Shown here: one piece after another, positions 49,473-59,929 of the stretch
How the letters are laid out: each line of letters opens with the position of its first letter
Position numbering within the stretch: position 1 is the stretch's first letter
NCBI GenBank assembly: GCA_963737065.1
Contig: CAVTRC010000001.1
Location: 1,280,001 to 1,344,000 of the forward strand
Direction: 5' to 3'
DNA from: Candidatus Eremiobacteria bacterium
GTDB taxonomy: Bacteria; Vulcanimicrobiota; Vulcanimicrobiia; Vulcanimicrobiales; Vulcanimicrobiaceae
Length of the DNA stretch: 64,000 nt
Notes under the pieces: generated by a model
The model's input: the letters and a program-made list of their open reading frames with translations, nothing else
What the model was told of the DNA's origin: nothing
Databases searched by the model: none
Translations under genes and position numbers: made by a program

Positions 49473-52400
49473 GTGAAAACGACGATCGATCTTACGCAAT
49501 TCGCGTGGCCCGGACAGCTCGGTGCCGGCGAACGCGTGGGCAGCTTGCCGAACGTTCCATCGAAGCGAACGAAGCAACTCAAAGCGCGGATCGCCAACGC
49601 GAAGGCGGTCACGAGCCTTTGCTGTTACTGCGCGGTCGGCTGCAGTTTGCTCGCGTACGTCGATGATGACGGAACGCTCCTCGACGTCGAAGGCAATCCG
49701 GAAAGTCCGATCAACGGCGGACACCTCTGCCCGAAAGGATCGGCGATTTTCGGACTGACGGTGAACGATCAGCGATGGACGACCGTCAAGTATCGCGCCC
49801 CGTACTCCGACCGGTACGAGGAACGCCCGCTGGAGTGGGCGCTCGAGCGCATCGCGCAGCTCACGAGAGAAACGCGCGAGAAAACGTTCGCGCGCGAGTG
49901 GACGAATCCAGTCACGGGCGACAAACGGCGCGTCAATCATACGCTCGGCATCGCATCGCTCGGCGGCGCGACGTTCGGCATCGAAGAGAACTACATGCTG
50001 GGCAAGTTGATGCACTCGCTCGGCGTCGTTTCCATCGAAAACCAAGCCCGAATATGACACTCCTCGACGGTGCCCAGTTTGGGCACCTCGTTCGGGCGCG
50101 GCGGCGCCACCGTTTGGCTTCCGGATCTCGCGAACGCCGACTGCATTCTGATCGAAGGTTCGAACTTCGCTGAAGCGCATCCGGTCGGGTATCGGTTCGT
50201 GATGAAGGCAAAGGAACGGGGCGCGACGATCGTTCACGTCGATCCCCGCTTCACGCGCACGTCGGCAACGGCGGACATCTACGCGCCGATCCGCAGCGGG
50301 AGCGACATCGCATTCCTGGGCGGCATCATCAACTACGTGCTGACGAACGAGCGGTACTTCAAAGAGTACGTGTACGCCTACACGAATGCCGCGAACATCG
50401 TCAGCGAAGCGTTCAAAGATACGGAAGATCTCGACGGCGTCTTTTCGGGATACGACGAAGCGGGCCGCGTCTACGACCCGAGCAGCTGGGAATACGAAAA
50501 AGACGAGAACGGACACGTCAAACGCGATCCGACCTTCGCGCATCCGCGCTGCGTGCTCAACCTCTTGCGCCGGCATTATTCACGGTACACGCCGGAGATC
50601 GTCGAACGCGTCTGCGGAACGCCGCAAGAAACGTTCTTACGGATCGCCGATGTGATCGCATCGAACAGCGGACGCGAGAAAACGACCGCGTTTGCATACG
50701 CGGTCGGCTGGACGCAGCACACGGCCGGCGTGCAGATGATTCGCACGGCCGCGGTGCTGCAGTTGCTGCTCGGCAACATCGGACGCCCGGGCGGCGGAAT
50801 CATGGCATTGCGCGGACATGCCGACATTCAAGGCGCCACGGACATTGCAACGCTCTACGACTTGTTGCCCGGCTATCTGCCGATGCCCTCGGCGCTCCGG
50901 GATGAACAAACGCTCGATGCGTGGTTGAAGAACAACACGAAGCCGACCGGCTGGTGGGCCAACACGCCAAAATATATGATTTCGCTGCTCAAAGCGTTCT
51001 ACGGCGAGCACGCCACGAAAGAAAGCGATTACTGCTACGACTATCTTCCGCAATTGATCGCCGACCACTCGATGCTCCCACTGACCTTCGCGATGAAAGA
51101 CGGTACGGTAAAAGGCTATTTCGCGATCGGACAAAACCCGGGCGCATCGGGTCAAAACGCGGAGCTCATGAAAGCGGCGATGGAACGCTTGGAGTGGTTC
51201 GTCAACATCGACAGCTACGATAACGAAACGGTCTCCTTCTGGCGTCGCGAAGGCGCGGACCCGAGGAGCATCGGCACGGAAGTGTTCTTCCTGCCCGCTG
51301 CGACGGTACTCGAAAAAGAAGGCACGATGACGCAAACGAGCCGGATGCTGCAGTGGCACGATCGAGCGGTCGAACCGGCAGGCGATTCCAAGAGCGACGC
51401 GTGGTACTTCACGTGGTTTGCGAAGCGGCTGAAAGAATTGTACGCCGATTCGACGGATCCAAAAGATCGTCCGATCCGGCACATGACCTGGGATTACGAC
51501 CACGATGATGCGCAGCAGCGCGCAAACGGCGAGCCGTCGGTATTGAAAGTGCTACAAGAAATCAACGGGTATCGCGTTGCGGACGGCGAGCAAGTCGGCG
51601 GCTTCGGCGAACTGAGCGACGACGGATCGACGGCGTGCGGCGGATGGATTTACAGCGGCGTGTGTCCCGACAAGCAGACGAACAAAGCCCGCAACCGAGA
51701 CGCCGGCGGTCCGTACACCGCGCCGAACTGGGGATGGGCATGGCCGGCCAATCGCCGTACGCTCTACAATCGCGCGTCCGCGGATCCGGACGGCAAGCCG
51801 TGGAGCGAGCGCAAGAAGTATGTCTGGTGGGATGAGAGCCAAGGAAAATGGACCGGGATCGACGTGCCCGATTTCATCGCGACGAAAGCACCGGACACGC
51901 CCGCGAATCCCGACGGCAGCGGGATGGACGCGCATTCGGGCTCGGATCCGTTCATCATGATGCTCGACGGACGCGGACAGCTCTTCGTTGCGAGCGGATT
52001 GAAAGACGGCCCGCTGCCCGCGCATTACGAACCGCTGCAATCGGTCGTGGAAAACCAACTCTACGGCCAACAAAGTAATCCAACGCTGGGCGAGTATCTG
52101 CGCGACGACAATCCGTATAACGGTGTCGTGTCCGACGAGTATCCGTACGTGCTGACCACGTATCGCATTACCGAACAATCCGGAATTATGACCCGCTACG
52201 TTCCATGGCTCGCTGAACTGCAGCCTTCGGCCTTTGCGGAAATCGATCCGGATCTCGCCGTCGAAAAGGGCATCAAGAGCGGTGATTGGATGACGATTTC
52301 TACCGCGCTCGGCGATATGGAAGCGCGCGCGCTCGTGAGCGGTCGTTTGCAGCCTTTGCGCATTGGCTCGAAGGGCGAGCGCAAACGCATCCACCAAGTC

Positions 52401-52691
52401 GGCGTGCCGTACAATTACGGCGACATGGTTGGTCTCGCACGCGGAGACAGCGTCGGGAATCTCATTTCGATCGCGCTCGATCCCAACGTATCGATTCACG
52501 AATCGAAAACGTTGACGTGCGACATCCGCGCCGGGCGCCGGCCGCCGCACCGGCGCGGCCGCGTCGACGAAGCCGTCCCCGCGAGCGAACGCGATCCGCT
52601 CGGCCAACCGATCGGCGATTGGGCCAGCGCGCACCACGGTCACGGCTACACGCTTCAATCGGGCGAAGAAGGAGGCGCATCCGACGTCTGA
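49473..52691 (+). CDS. fdnG: Formate dehydrogenase alpha subunit (FdnG/FdoG-type), selenocysteine at TGA 50055-50057
   Basis: CCYCAVGC..LCPKG; NQARI-TGA-HSSTV in frame across the two track ORFs; ALRGH; WAWPANRR; SECIS follows the TGA. Confidence 0.93.
50069..50087 (+). promoter_or_regulatory. Bacterial SECIS hairpin
   Basis: GGTGCCC-AGTTT-GGGCACC beginning 11 nt after the in-frame TGA. Confidence 0.85.
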
Positions 52692-52732
52692 TGGCAACCG
52701 GCATGAGGGTAGAGGTCCGCTAATGGCCCCAG

Positions 52733-52775
52733 CCCTTCGACTCCGCCGCCTACGGCGGCTGCGCTCAGGATGACA
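52733..52775. repeat. REP-like palindromic unit in the fdnG-fdnH spacer
   Basis: CCCTTCGACT-CCGCC-GCC-TAC-GGC-GGCTG-CGCTCAGGATGACA; internal hairpin, flanked by imperfect direct repeats at 52700-52727 and 52788-52815. Only one copy seen in the window. Confidence 0.5.
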
Positions 52776-52810
52776 ACAGAGGTACCTGGCATGAGGTTAG
52801 AGGCGCGCTG

Positions 52811-53656
52811 ATGGCTACAGGGTTTTTTACTGACACAACGCTGTGCATCGGGTGTAAGGCGTGCGAGGTTGCGTGTAAGCAGTGGAACGAGTTGCCGTCG
52901 GACGGATTCTCGTTCAGCGGCAATTCGTACGACAACACGCTCGAGCTTTCCGGAACGACGTGGCGGCACGTCGCGTTCGTCGAGCAAACGGTACCGACGG
53001 AAAACGGCATCGCGAATCGATGGTTGATGAGCAGCGACGTGTGCAAGCACTGCACGAACGCGGGATGTATGGAAGCATGCCCGACCGGTGCAATCATTCG
53101 CAACGAGTTCGACTCCGTTTTTATTCAGCCGGACGTGTGCAACGGCTGCGGATACTGCGTCGTCGCGTGTCCGTTCGGTGTCGTCGACTTGATCGAGCGG
53201 TTCGATCCGCAGGCAACTCGGTACAATCTCGCATCGTTAAACGAAGACCGCCTCGAGGAAGGGCGCACGGCGGTGCAAGGCCACGGCGGCGTTGCCGGCA
53301 AGTGCACGCTGTGCTACGACCGTCAAAAGCTCGGCTTCGTGCCCGCCTGCGCAAAAGCGTGCCCCACCGAGTCGATTCAGTACGGCGATATCGATGAGCT
53401 GCGCGAGCGTGCGCGTGCGCGCGTGGAGACGCTGGCCGAACGCGGCGTCCAGGCGCAACTCTACGGTGCCGACGACGTCGGCGGCGGTGTTGGCCCGCTC
53501 AATGCGTTCTTCTTGCTCACGGACCGGCCGGAAGCGTACAATCTTCCGGCGTTACCCGTGCTGCCCTCGACGCGACAACCGGCCGGATATACCGCTGCCG
53601 CGGTTACCGTGCTCGGCTTGGCGATTGCGGGATGGATGATCTTCCGTAATGCGTAG
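52811..53656 (+). CDS. fdnH: Formate dehydrogenase beta (4Fe-4S) subunit
   Basis: CIGCKACEVACKQWN, CKHC...CMEACP, CNGCGYCVVACP, KCTLC...CAKACP; C-terminal TM helix. Confidence 0.92.
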   Translation: MATGFFTDTTLCIGCKACEVACKQWNELPSDGFSFSGNSYDNTLELSGTTWRHVAFVEQTVPTENGIANRWLMSSDVCKHCTNAGCMEACPTGAIIRNEFDSVFIQPDVCNGCGYCVVACPFGVVDLIERFDPQATRYNLASLNEDRLEEGRTAVQGHGGVAGKCTLCYDRQKLGFVPACAKACPTESIQYGDIDELRERARARVETLAERGVQAQLYGADDVGGGVGPLNAFFLLTDRPEAYNLPALPVLPSTRQPAGYTAAAVTVLGLAIAGWMIFRNA

Positions 53657-54638
53657 CATTCCGAGCCCGGACGACGCGTTTCTCGGCGCGGCTTCGCGCA
53701 ATGGCGAGCAACGCGCGGCAATTCCAACGTATTATGACCGTCCGATGCTCAAGGCGCCGCATTGGGAGTGGAACGTCGTAACGTATCTGTTCCTCGGCGG
53801 CATCATGGGCGGGCTAGGTCTTATTCAACTGCTCGCGCGCCCGGAACGCGAACCGGACCGGAAACTCAAACGCACCGCGCGCTACACCTCATTCCTTCTC
53901 GCAGCCGCAAACCCGGCAATTCTGATCACGCACCTCGGCCGCCCGGAACGTTTTCTCAAGATGCTGCGTATCGTGAAGTTCAAATCACCGATGTCGCTCG
54001 GCACATGGGGACTCGTTTTATACTCGGGCGCTGCCGCAGCCAACATTGTTCGCGAGCTCGCCGTCGAAGGACGCGTACCGCGATGGCTGCGGTTTCTGAC
54101 TCCGCGCGTGATGACGCCGGCGCAGGCGCTGCTCGGCGCGTTTACTGCGGGCTACACCGGCGTGCTGCTCAGTTCGACGGCGAATCCGTTCTGGGGATCC
54201 GGAAAGCGCCACATTCCGGCGATGTCGGTCTGTTCGGGTGTCGCGTCGGCGTGCGCACTCTTAAACTTCTTAGGCGCGATCGAAGGGAATACCGAACCGT
54301 CGCAACGCCTCGAGCGTCTTGAAATCGTCGCCGGCGCCGCCGAGATATTCATCCTCAACGATTTCGAGCGCCGGCATCCGCAATACACGAAGCCGTTCTT
54401 CAAAGGCAAGCGCGGCGAGAGACTTCGCGCCTACACGATGCTTGCGGGAACACTTGCGCCGATCGCGTTGAATGTGCTCGGAATCATGACGAAATTTCCG
54501 AAGCCGCTTGAGGCGATGCGAGTCATCGGCGCATCGTTTCTGACGCTCGCCGGCGGATACGTGCTGCGCGAATCGCTCATTGAAGCGGGTAAAGACGCGG
54601 TGCGCGACCCACACGCCGCGTTCCGTCAGCCCACATGA
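53649..54638 (+). CDS. NrfD/PsrC-family membrane subunit
   Basis: YYDRPMLKAPHW, YLFLGG, HLGRPERF..M, SPMSLG, YTGVLL. Confidence 0.85.
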   Translation: MRSIPSPDDAFLGAASRNGEQRAAIPTYYDRPMLKAPHWEWNVVTYLFLGGIMGGLGLIQLLARPEREPDRKLKRTARYTSFLLAAANPAILITHLGRPERFLKMLRIVKFKSPMSLGTWGLVLYSGAAAANIVRELAVEGRVPRWLRFLTPRVMTPAQALLGAFTAGYTGVLLSSTANPFWGSGKRHIPAMSVCSGVASACALLNFLGAIEGNTEPSQRLERLEIVAGAAEIFILNDFERRHPQYTKPFFKGKRGERLRAYTMLAGTLAPIALNVLGIMTKFPKPLEAMRVIGASFLTLAGGYVLRESLIEAGKDAVRDPHAAFRQPT

Positions 54639-55492
54639 ATGACGCGCCAAACGCCGTACGACCGGGACGCACGGTTGAGACTGCGATCGAACGTCTCGAC
54701 GCGCAAGAAACAAAGCCCGACTACGATCGGATCGTTACGGAGGAGCCGCTCGAACTGCGGTTGATCGCCGGCGGTGCGACGCAGAAGCTTGCCGTAACGA
54801 TGCGAACGCCCGGAAACGATTTTGAGCTGGCCGCCGGCTTCGCGCTCAGTGAAGGCATTATCCATTCGCGCAGCGAGCTCGCCGGCGTCAGGTACTGTAT
54901 CGATCCCGCAATCGACGCGGAGCAGCAGTATAACGTCGTAAGTATTGAACTTACCGCGCCGCAGCTTCCGGATGCGTCGCGCTTCGAGCGTCATTTTTTG
55001 ATGAACAGCTCGTGCGGCGTGTGCGGACGAGCAAATCTCGACGCGCTTCGTGACGCCGGCGTCGAACCGGTCTGTGACGATGCGCGGATCGTTCGCTCCA
55101 TTCTCTACGCGCTACCAGAACGTATGCGCCAAGCTCAGCGGGTGTTCACGACCACGGGCGGCGTACACGCGGCTGCGCTTTTTCGGACGGACGGGACGCT
55201 CGTGGCGGTTCGTGAAGACATCGGACGTCACAACGCCGTCGATAAATTGACCGGTTGGTCGTTGCTCGAGAACGGATTTCCTCTCCATGGAGCGGTGATG
55301 GCGGTTAGCGGCCGGGCCAGCTTCGAGATCGTGCAAAAAGCCGCCGTAGCGCGCGTCCCGATCGTGCTCGCGGTTTCCGCACCGAGCAGTCTGGCAGTCG
55401 ACGTTGCGCGCGCATTCAACATCACGCTCGTGGCGTTCATCCGCGGTACGCGCGCGAACATCTACAGTGCGCCGGAACGCATCATTCCTTAG
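54635..55492 (+). CDS. fdhD: Formate dehydrogenase accessory sulfurtransferase
   Basis: EEPLE, MRTPG, SSCGVCG, TGGVHAA, REDIGRHNAVDK. Confidence 0.95.
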   Translation: MNDAPNAVRPGRTVETAIERLDAQETKPDYDRIVTEEPLELRLIAGGATQKLAVTMRTPGNDFELAAGFALSEGIIHSRSELAGVRYCIDPAIDAEQQYNVVSIELTAPQLPDASRFERHFLMNSSCGVCGRANLDALRDAGVEPVCDDARIVRSILYALPERMRQAQRVFTTTGGVHAAALFRTDGTLVAVREDIGRHNAVDKLTGWSLLENGFPLHGAVMAVSGRASFEIVQKAAVARVPIVLAVSAPSSLAVDVARAFNITLVAFIRGTRANIYSAPERIIP

Positions 55493-57362
55493 CGAGTAGA
55501 CGCTCGAGCCCCGCCGTGACGTCGCCGATCAGCACCGGACGCGCGAACGTCAACGCCGGAGCGAGACGCGCGGCATATTTTTCTCCGCCGATCGCAACGA
55601 TCGGAATGCCGCGCTCGCTGCTGAACGCGCGGAATTGCACGGCATCGGTCCCGCTCAAGCGGTCGGGAGCGGCGAGGATCAGCGCATCGACCGTTTGCGC
55701 GTCGACAATGGCCAGCACATCGTCCAATGCGGGCGCGCTCAGAATTCGATAGCCCGCTTCTTGCAATCCGTATCCCAGAAACAAATGCTCGTTTTGCGGA
55801 TCGACGACGACGATGGTGCGCGGCGCGGCGCGGCGGTCGACACGCCGCGGCAACGTCACGATAAAACGGGAGCCTGTGCCCTCCTCGCTTTCCACGGCGA
55901 TCGTGCCGCCATGGAGCTGCACGAGCTGTTTGGTCATGAACAGACCGAACCCGGTTCCCGAGATACGCAGGCGGCGCGCGTTCGACGCGCGCGAGAAACG
56001 GTCGAACACGCGCGAGACTTCACCCGCGGGAATGCCGATACCGCGATCGCTGACGGTGACGACGACGTGCTGCGGGCGTCCCTCGATGCGGACGCACGGC
56101 TCCGATCCGTCGGGCGAATACTTGATCGCGTTGTCGATGAGGTTCATGAAGACCTGACGCAACCGCTCGTCATCGCCGGACACGCACGTATCGCCGTTCA
56201 CGTCCAACGCGACCGCACGACGGCCGGCAACTTGCGCGACGATGGAAGCAATCAGGATTTCCACATCGACGTCGCCGACGTGCAGCGTCACTTCGTTGCG
56301 CTCCAAACGAGAGAGCGTCAACGTATCCGTCGCGAGTTCTGAGAGTTGCAATGCCGATCGCTTTATGTTGTCGAGGAACTCATGCTGTTCGTCGTTGACC
56401 TCGCCGAATTCGCACGTCAGTTCCGAGAAGCCGACGATCGACGTAAGCGGCCCGCGGAAGTCGTGCGCGAGCATCGCAATCAAATCGCTCTTCGTTTGGT
56501 TCAGTTCTAGAACGGCGCTCCGGCGCTCGTCCAGCTCCTGATAGAGCGAAACGTTGCGAGCGGCCACCGCCACATACTCCGCGATCAAGTCGAATACGAA
56601 GAGATCGGTATTGCGCAGCGACCGCGCGGAGCGAACGCGCAGTTCGAGCGCATAGCGGGCGTCACCAAATTGTCCCGCCGGTACGATGGCCCGCGTGTGC
56701 GCGTCGTCGACGACGCGCGTGCGCATCGACGTCGCGCGCTGAGCGAGCGCATCGTACGTGGCAGCCGACCAGTCCACCGCGCCCATCTCGTCAACCGGTA
56801 TCGTGAATCCATCCGGTCGCACCGCGAGCACCCTGCCCTCGGCGCCCACCAACTGCGAAACGACCTCGCGTACGCTGGTAACGAGGGCGCGTGCATCGAG
56901 CGCCGTGAACAAGCGCCGCGCGGCGCGTGTGAGCGCCAAGAGACGATCGTGCTCTTCGGCCAGCATCGACGTACGCGTCACTTCGTCGGTTATGTCGCGC
57001 TCGATCGAAATCCAATGCGTAACCGCGCCGCCGCCGTTGCGAATCGGATGCAACGTCACTTGATTCCAGTACGTCGTGCCGTCTTTGCGGTAACTGACGA
57101 CTTCCGATTGAACCGCGGTCCCGGCCGCAATCGAGGCCCGAAGAACGCGCATGCCTTCGTCGTCCGGCATCGACTGGCGGAACTCATCGACGGTTCGGCC
57201 CATGGCCTCTTCACGCGTGTATCCGCTCTGTTCGGCGAACGCTTCATTCATGTACGCGAGCCGCAGTTCGCCGGAGTCGTTTACTTCATAGAAGAGAATG
57301 ACGTCACCCGCGACGTTGATCGCGCCAAGCAACAGGTCGACGTCAAGTCCGGGTGCTTTCAT
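55482..57362 (-). CDS. PAS-GAF sensor histidine kinase with a degenerate C-terminal receiver-like domain
   Basis: PAS (NEAF..SGY, RKDG..YW), H-box AHDFRGPLT, NLIDNAIKYS, DRGIG, GTGFGL. Confidence 0.88.
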   Translation of the reverse strand: MKAPGLDVDLLLGAINVAGDVILFYEVNDSGELRLAYMNEAFAEQSGYTREEAMGRTVDEFRQSMPDDEGMRVLRASIAAGTAVQSEVVSYRKDGTTYWNQVTLHPIRNGGGAVTHWISIERDITDEVTRTSMLAEEHDRLLALTRAARRLFTALDARALVTSVREVVSQLVGAEGRVLAVRPDGFTIPVDEMGAVDWSAATYDALAQRATSMRTRVVDDAHTRAIVPAGQFGDARYALELRVRSARSLRNTDLFVFDLIAEYVAVAARNVSLYQELDERRSAVLELNQTKSDLIAMLAHDFRGPLTSIVGFSELTCEFGEVNDEQHEFLDNIKRSALQLSELATDTLTLSRLERNEVTLHVGDVDVEILIASIVAQVAGRRAVALDVNGDTCVSGDDERLRQVFMNLIDNAIKYSPDGSEPCVRIEGRPQHVVVTVSDRGIGIPAGEVSRVFDRFSRASNARRLRISGTGFGLFMTKQLVQLHGGTIAVESEEGTGSRFIVTLPRRVDRRAAPRTIVVVDPQNEHLFLGYGLQEAGYRILSAPALDDVLAIVDAQTVDALILAAPDRLSGTDAVQFRAFSSERGIPIVAIGGEKYAARLAPALTFARPVLIGDVTAGLERLLAKE

Positions 57363-57363
57363 C

Positions 57364-58164
57364 CTACCGCGCTGCCGCCACGCGGTCAAAAAAACGCGCG
57401 AGCATAGTATTGAAGTACGCGGGGTTGTCGGCGTTTGCAACGTGTCCCGCGTCGGGAATCGCCTCGAGTTCTGCGCCCGGAATCGACGACGCAATGACCT
57501 GTGAGAGAGCAAACGGAGCGATCGCGTCGCGCTCTCCGGCTGCGACGAGCACGGGAACGTCGATCGTTGGTAACACGTTCGTATAATCCCCCGTCCACGT
57601 CGCATCCGTCGCTGCAAGATATGATGGAACGGTTTTACACGACATCTGTTCGATCGTTTCGCGCATCCGGTCGGGCGGCAGGCCGAGCTTTGCTGCGCGC
57701 GACCGCGCAAACGCCGGCATTCCCTCCGCTTCCTTGACGGCCGCTTTCACGCTATCGGCATATGCGCGCGCGTTGGGATAGCTGGCGAAACTTCCCACGA
57801 TCACCATCGCTTCGATGCGCTTGGGCGCGCGCTTCCACAGTTCGAACGCGACGACGCCGCCCAAACTACATCCGACGATCGTGAACGACCCGACGCCCTG
57901 CGCGTCGGCTACGGCAAGGACATCGTTCGCATATCCCTCGCGCGTGATGAGCGCCGGCTCGGGCTCCGGCTTCGGAACGCCGTTGCCGCGCAGCTCGATG
58001 GCCATGCAACGCGCACGATCGCGCAACGCCGTCAGCTGATAGTCCCAAATCGCCGCCGTCGAGCCAACGCCATGAACGAATGCGAGCGCCGAACGAGGCG
58101 TACCGGAGAGCCGCGCCGCGGTAGCGGCGCCGTCGCGCGCGGTACAAAAGAACGTTTCGATCAC
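57364..58164 (-). CDS. Alpha/beta hydrolase
   Basis: FVHG, GCSLGG, GERD, AGH. Confidence 0.88.
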   Translation of the reverse strand: MIETFFCTARDGAATAARLSGTPRSALAFVHGVGSTAAIWDYQLTALRDRARCMAIELRGNGVPKPEPEPALITREGYANDVLAVADAQGVGSFTIVGCSLGGVVAFELWKRAPKRIEAMVIVGSFASYPNARAYADSVKAAVKEAEGMPAFARSRAAKLGLPPDRMRETIEQMSCKTVPSYLAATDATWTGDYTNVLPTIDVPVLVAAGERDAIAPFALSQVIASSIPGAELEAIPDAGHVANADNPAYFNTMLARFFDRVAAAR

Positions 58165-59888
58165 GCGCCGTTCCTCTTGCGACCAACGAAGCCGAGCACG
58201 TCTTCTAACGCACGTGCGTTCAGCACGTCGTCTTTCGTGAGGCCTGCGCGGCGCGCCTGGCCCACGGCAAGATCGACGTTACTGAGGTCTTCGACGCCGT
58301 GCGCATCGGAATCGACCGTAAAGGTCACACCGAACGTCTTCGCGCGACGAACCAACTGCGCCGGAAGATCGAGCCTCAGCGCCTGACCGTCGATCTCCAA
58401 CGCGGTTCCGGTTCGTGCCGCGGCGGCGAAAACGGCATCGTAGTCGAAATCGTACCCGGCAAAGCCGTCCAGCCTCCGGCCCGTGGGATGACCGATGATC
58501 GTCACGTAGCGATTTTCGCACGCGCGGATCAGACGCCGCGTCATTGCGTCACGTCCGACGTTCATTCCTGAATGGATGCTCGCAATGACGATATCCAACG
58601 CGGCCAGAACCTCGTCGCTGTAGTCGAGCGTTCCATCCGGCAGCAGATCCACTTCACTGGCGCACAGCGTTCGGATGCCGTAGCGCGAACCGATTGCCGC
58701 CGCCTCGTGACGCTGCTTGTCGAGATCAACGGGGTCGAGACCGTATTTCGGACCGCGTCCCCACGAATGGTCGCTGATCGCGTGATACTCGTAGCCGCGC
58801 GCTTTCGCCGCGGCGATCATCTCTTCAAGCGAGTTACGGCCGTCGCTCCACGTGCAGTGCATGTGGAAATCGCCGCGCACATCGGGGTAATCGATCAACG
58901 CGGGAAGCCGATCGGTGAGCGCAAGATCGACTTCATCGAGTCCGCTGCGCAGTTCAGGGGGAATGAATCGCATGCCGAGCGCTTCATACACGCCTCGTTC
59001 TTCCGAGCACGTAATCACGTCACCGGTTTCAAGGTTCAAGATTCCGTTTTCGCTGACGCGCAAGTTTTTGCGGACGGCGTATTCACGCACCTTGATGTTG
59101 TGTTCGCGCGAGCCCGTGAAATGCTGCAGCAAATTCCCGTAGAGATGATCGGGCAGCACGCGCAAATCGATTTGTAAGCCGTTCTGCAGCCAAATGCTTG
59201 TTTTCGTCGGGCCTTCCGCGAGAACAGCTTCCGCGCGATCCCACGTCGCGAAATAAGACGTAACCGCAGCCGCATCGGCACACGTGCAAACAAGATCGAT
59301 ATCGCCGACGGTTACCTCTTGCCGTCGCATCGATCCCGCATACGTCAAACGATCGTGCGGCGGCCCGTCGCGTAGAAATTCCATCGCTTCGCGAGCGACG
59401 GCGCGCGCGCGCGCAAGAGGCGTTCGTTTTTGCCGACCTTTGTACGCCAGAATGCCGCGCCGCCAGTTGTCGATCGTCTTCTCGCCTAAGCGTGGGACGC
59501 CGGCTAAACTGCCGTGCGCGATCGCAACTTCGAGATCCGCAAGGGATGCGATTTTGTACTCGCGCCACAGCATCGCGGCCGTCTTTGCGCCGATGCCGCT
59601 GACGCCGAGCACTTCAACGATCGTCGGCGGAAAGGTCACGTACAACTCGTCCAACGCGTCGCATGTTCCGCGCTCATGCAACTGTTCGATGACGACGCCG
59701 ATCGACTTACCGATGCCGGGCAGCTTCGTGAGCTCGCCTCCGGCAATCACGTCGCGCAGCGGTGGAGCGTTTTCAACCGATGCCGCGGCCTTTTCGAAGG
59801 CGGTGTATTTGTAGAACGTCTCGCCCGCCATCTCCATCAGCGTGCGGATCTCGAGCAGTTTTTTCGCGATCTCGGCGTTCGAAAGCAT
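58161..59888 (-). CDS. polX: DNA polymerase X / PHP exonuclease
   Basis: HhH motifs (LPGIG), GSMRR..GDIDL, QIDLR, FTGSREHN, PHP HMH..SDG, GHPTGR, SDAH. Confidence 0.93.
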   Translation of the reverse strand: MLSNAEIAKKLLEIRTLMEMAGETFYKYTAFEKAAASVENAPPLRDVIAGGELTKLPGIGKSIGVVIEQLHERGTCDALDELYVTFPPTIVEVLGVSGIGAKTAAMLWREYKIASLADLEVAIAHGSLAGVPRLGEKTIDNWRRGILAYKGRQKRTPLARARAVAREAMEFLRDGPPHDRLTYAGSMRRQEVTVGDIDLVCTCADAAAVTSYFATWDRAEAVLAEGPTKTSIWLQNGLQIDLRVLPDHLYGNLLQHFTGSREHNIKVREYAVRKNLRVSENGILNLETGDVITCSEERGVYEALGMRFIPPELRSGLDEVDLALTDRLPALIDYPDVRGDFHMHCTWSDGRNSLEEMIAAAKARGYEYHAISDHSWGRGPKYGLDPVDLDKQRHEAAAIGSRYGIRTLCASEVDLLPDGTLDYSDEVLAALDIVIASIHSGMNVGRDAMTRRLIRACENRYVTIIGHPTGRRLDGFAGYDFDYDAVFAAAARTGTALEIDGQALRLDLPAQLVRRAKTFGVTFTVDSDAHGVEDLSNVDLAVGQARRAGLTKDDVLNARALEDVLGFVGRKRNGA

Positions 59889-59929
59889 GGGGCGATGCAT
59901 CTTCGGCGTCCGCGGCGAAAACGCCCGCG

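Noticed and set aside
50055..50057. FDH alpha as a nonsense pseudogene
   Set aside because: The TGA is at the Sec/Cys ligand position and is followed by a correctly spaced SECIS.
20706..52697. Long antisense ORFs (e.g. 20706-21815, 42089-43279, 49407-50576, 51552-52697)
   Set aside because: They lie opposite well-supported genes and are expected shadows of high-GC codon bias.
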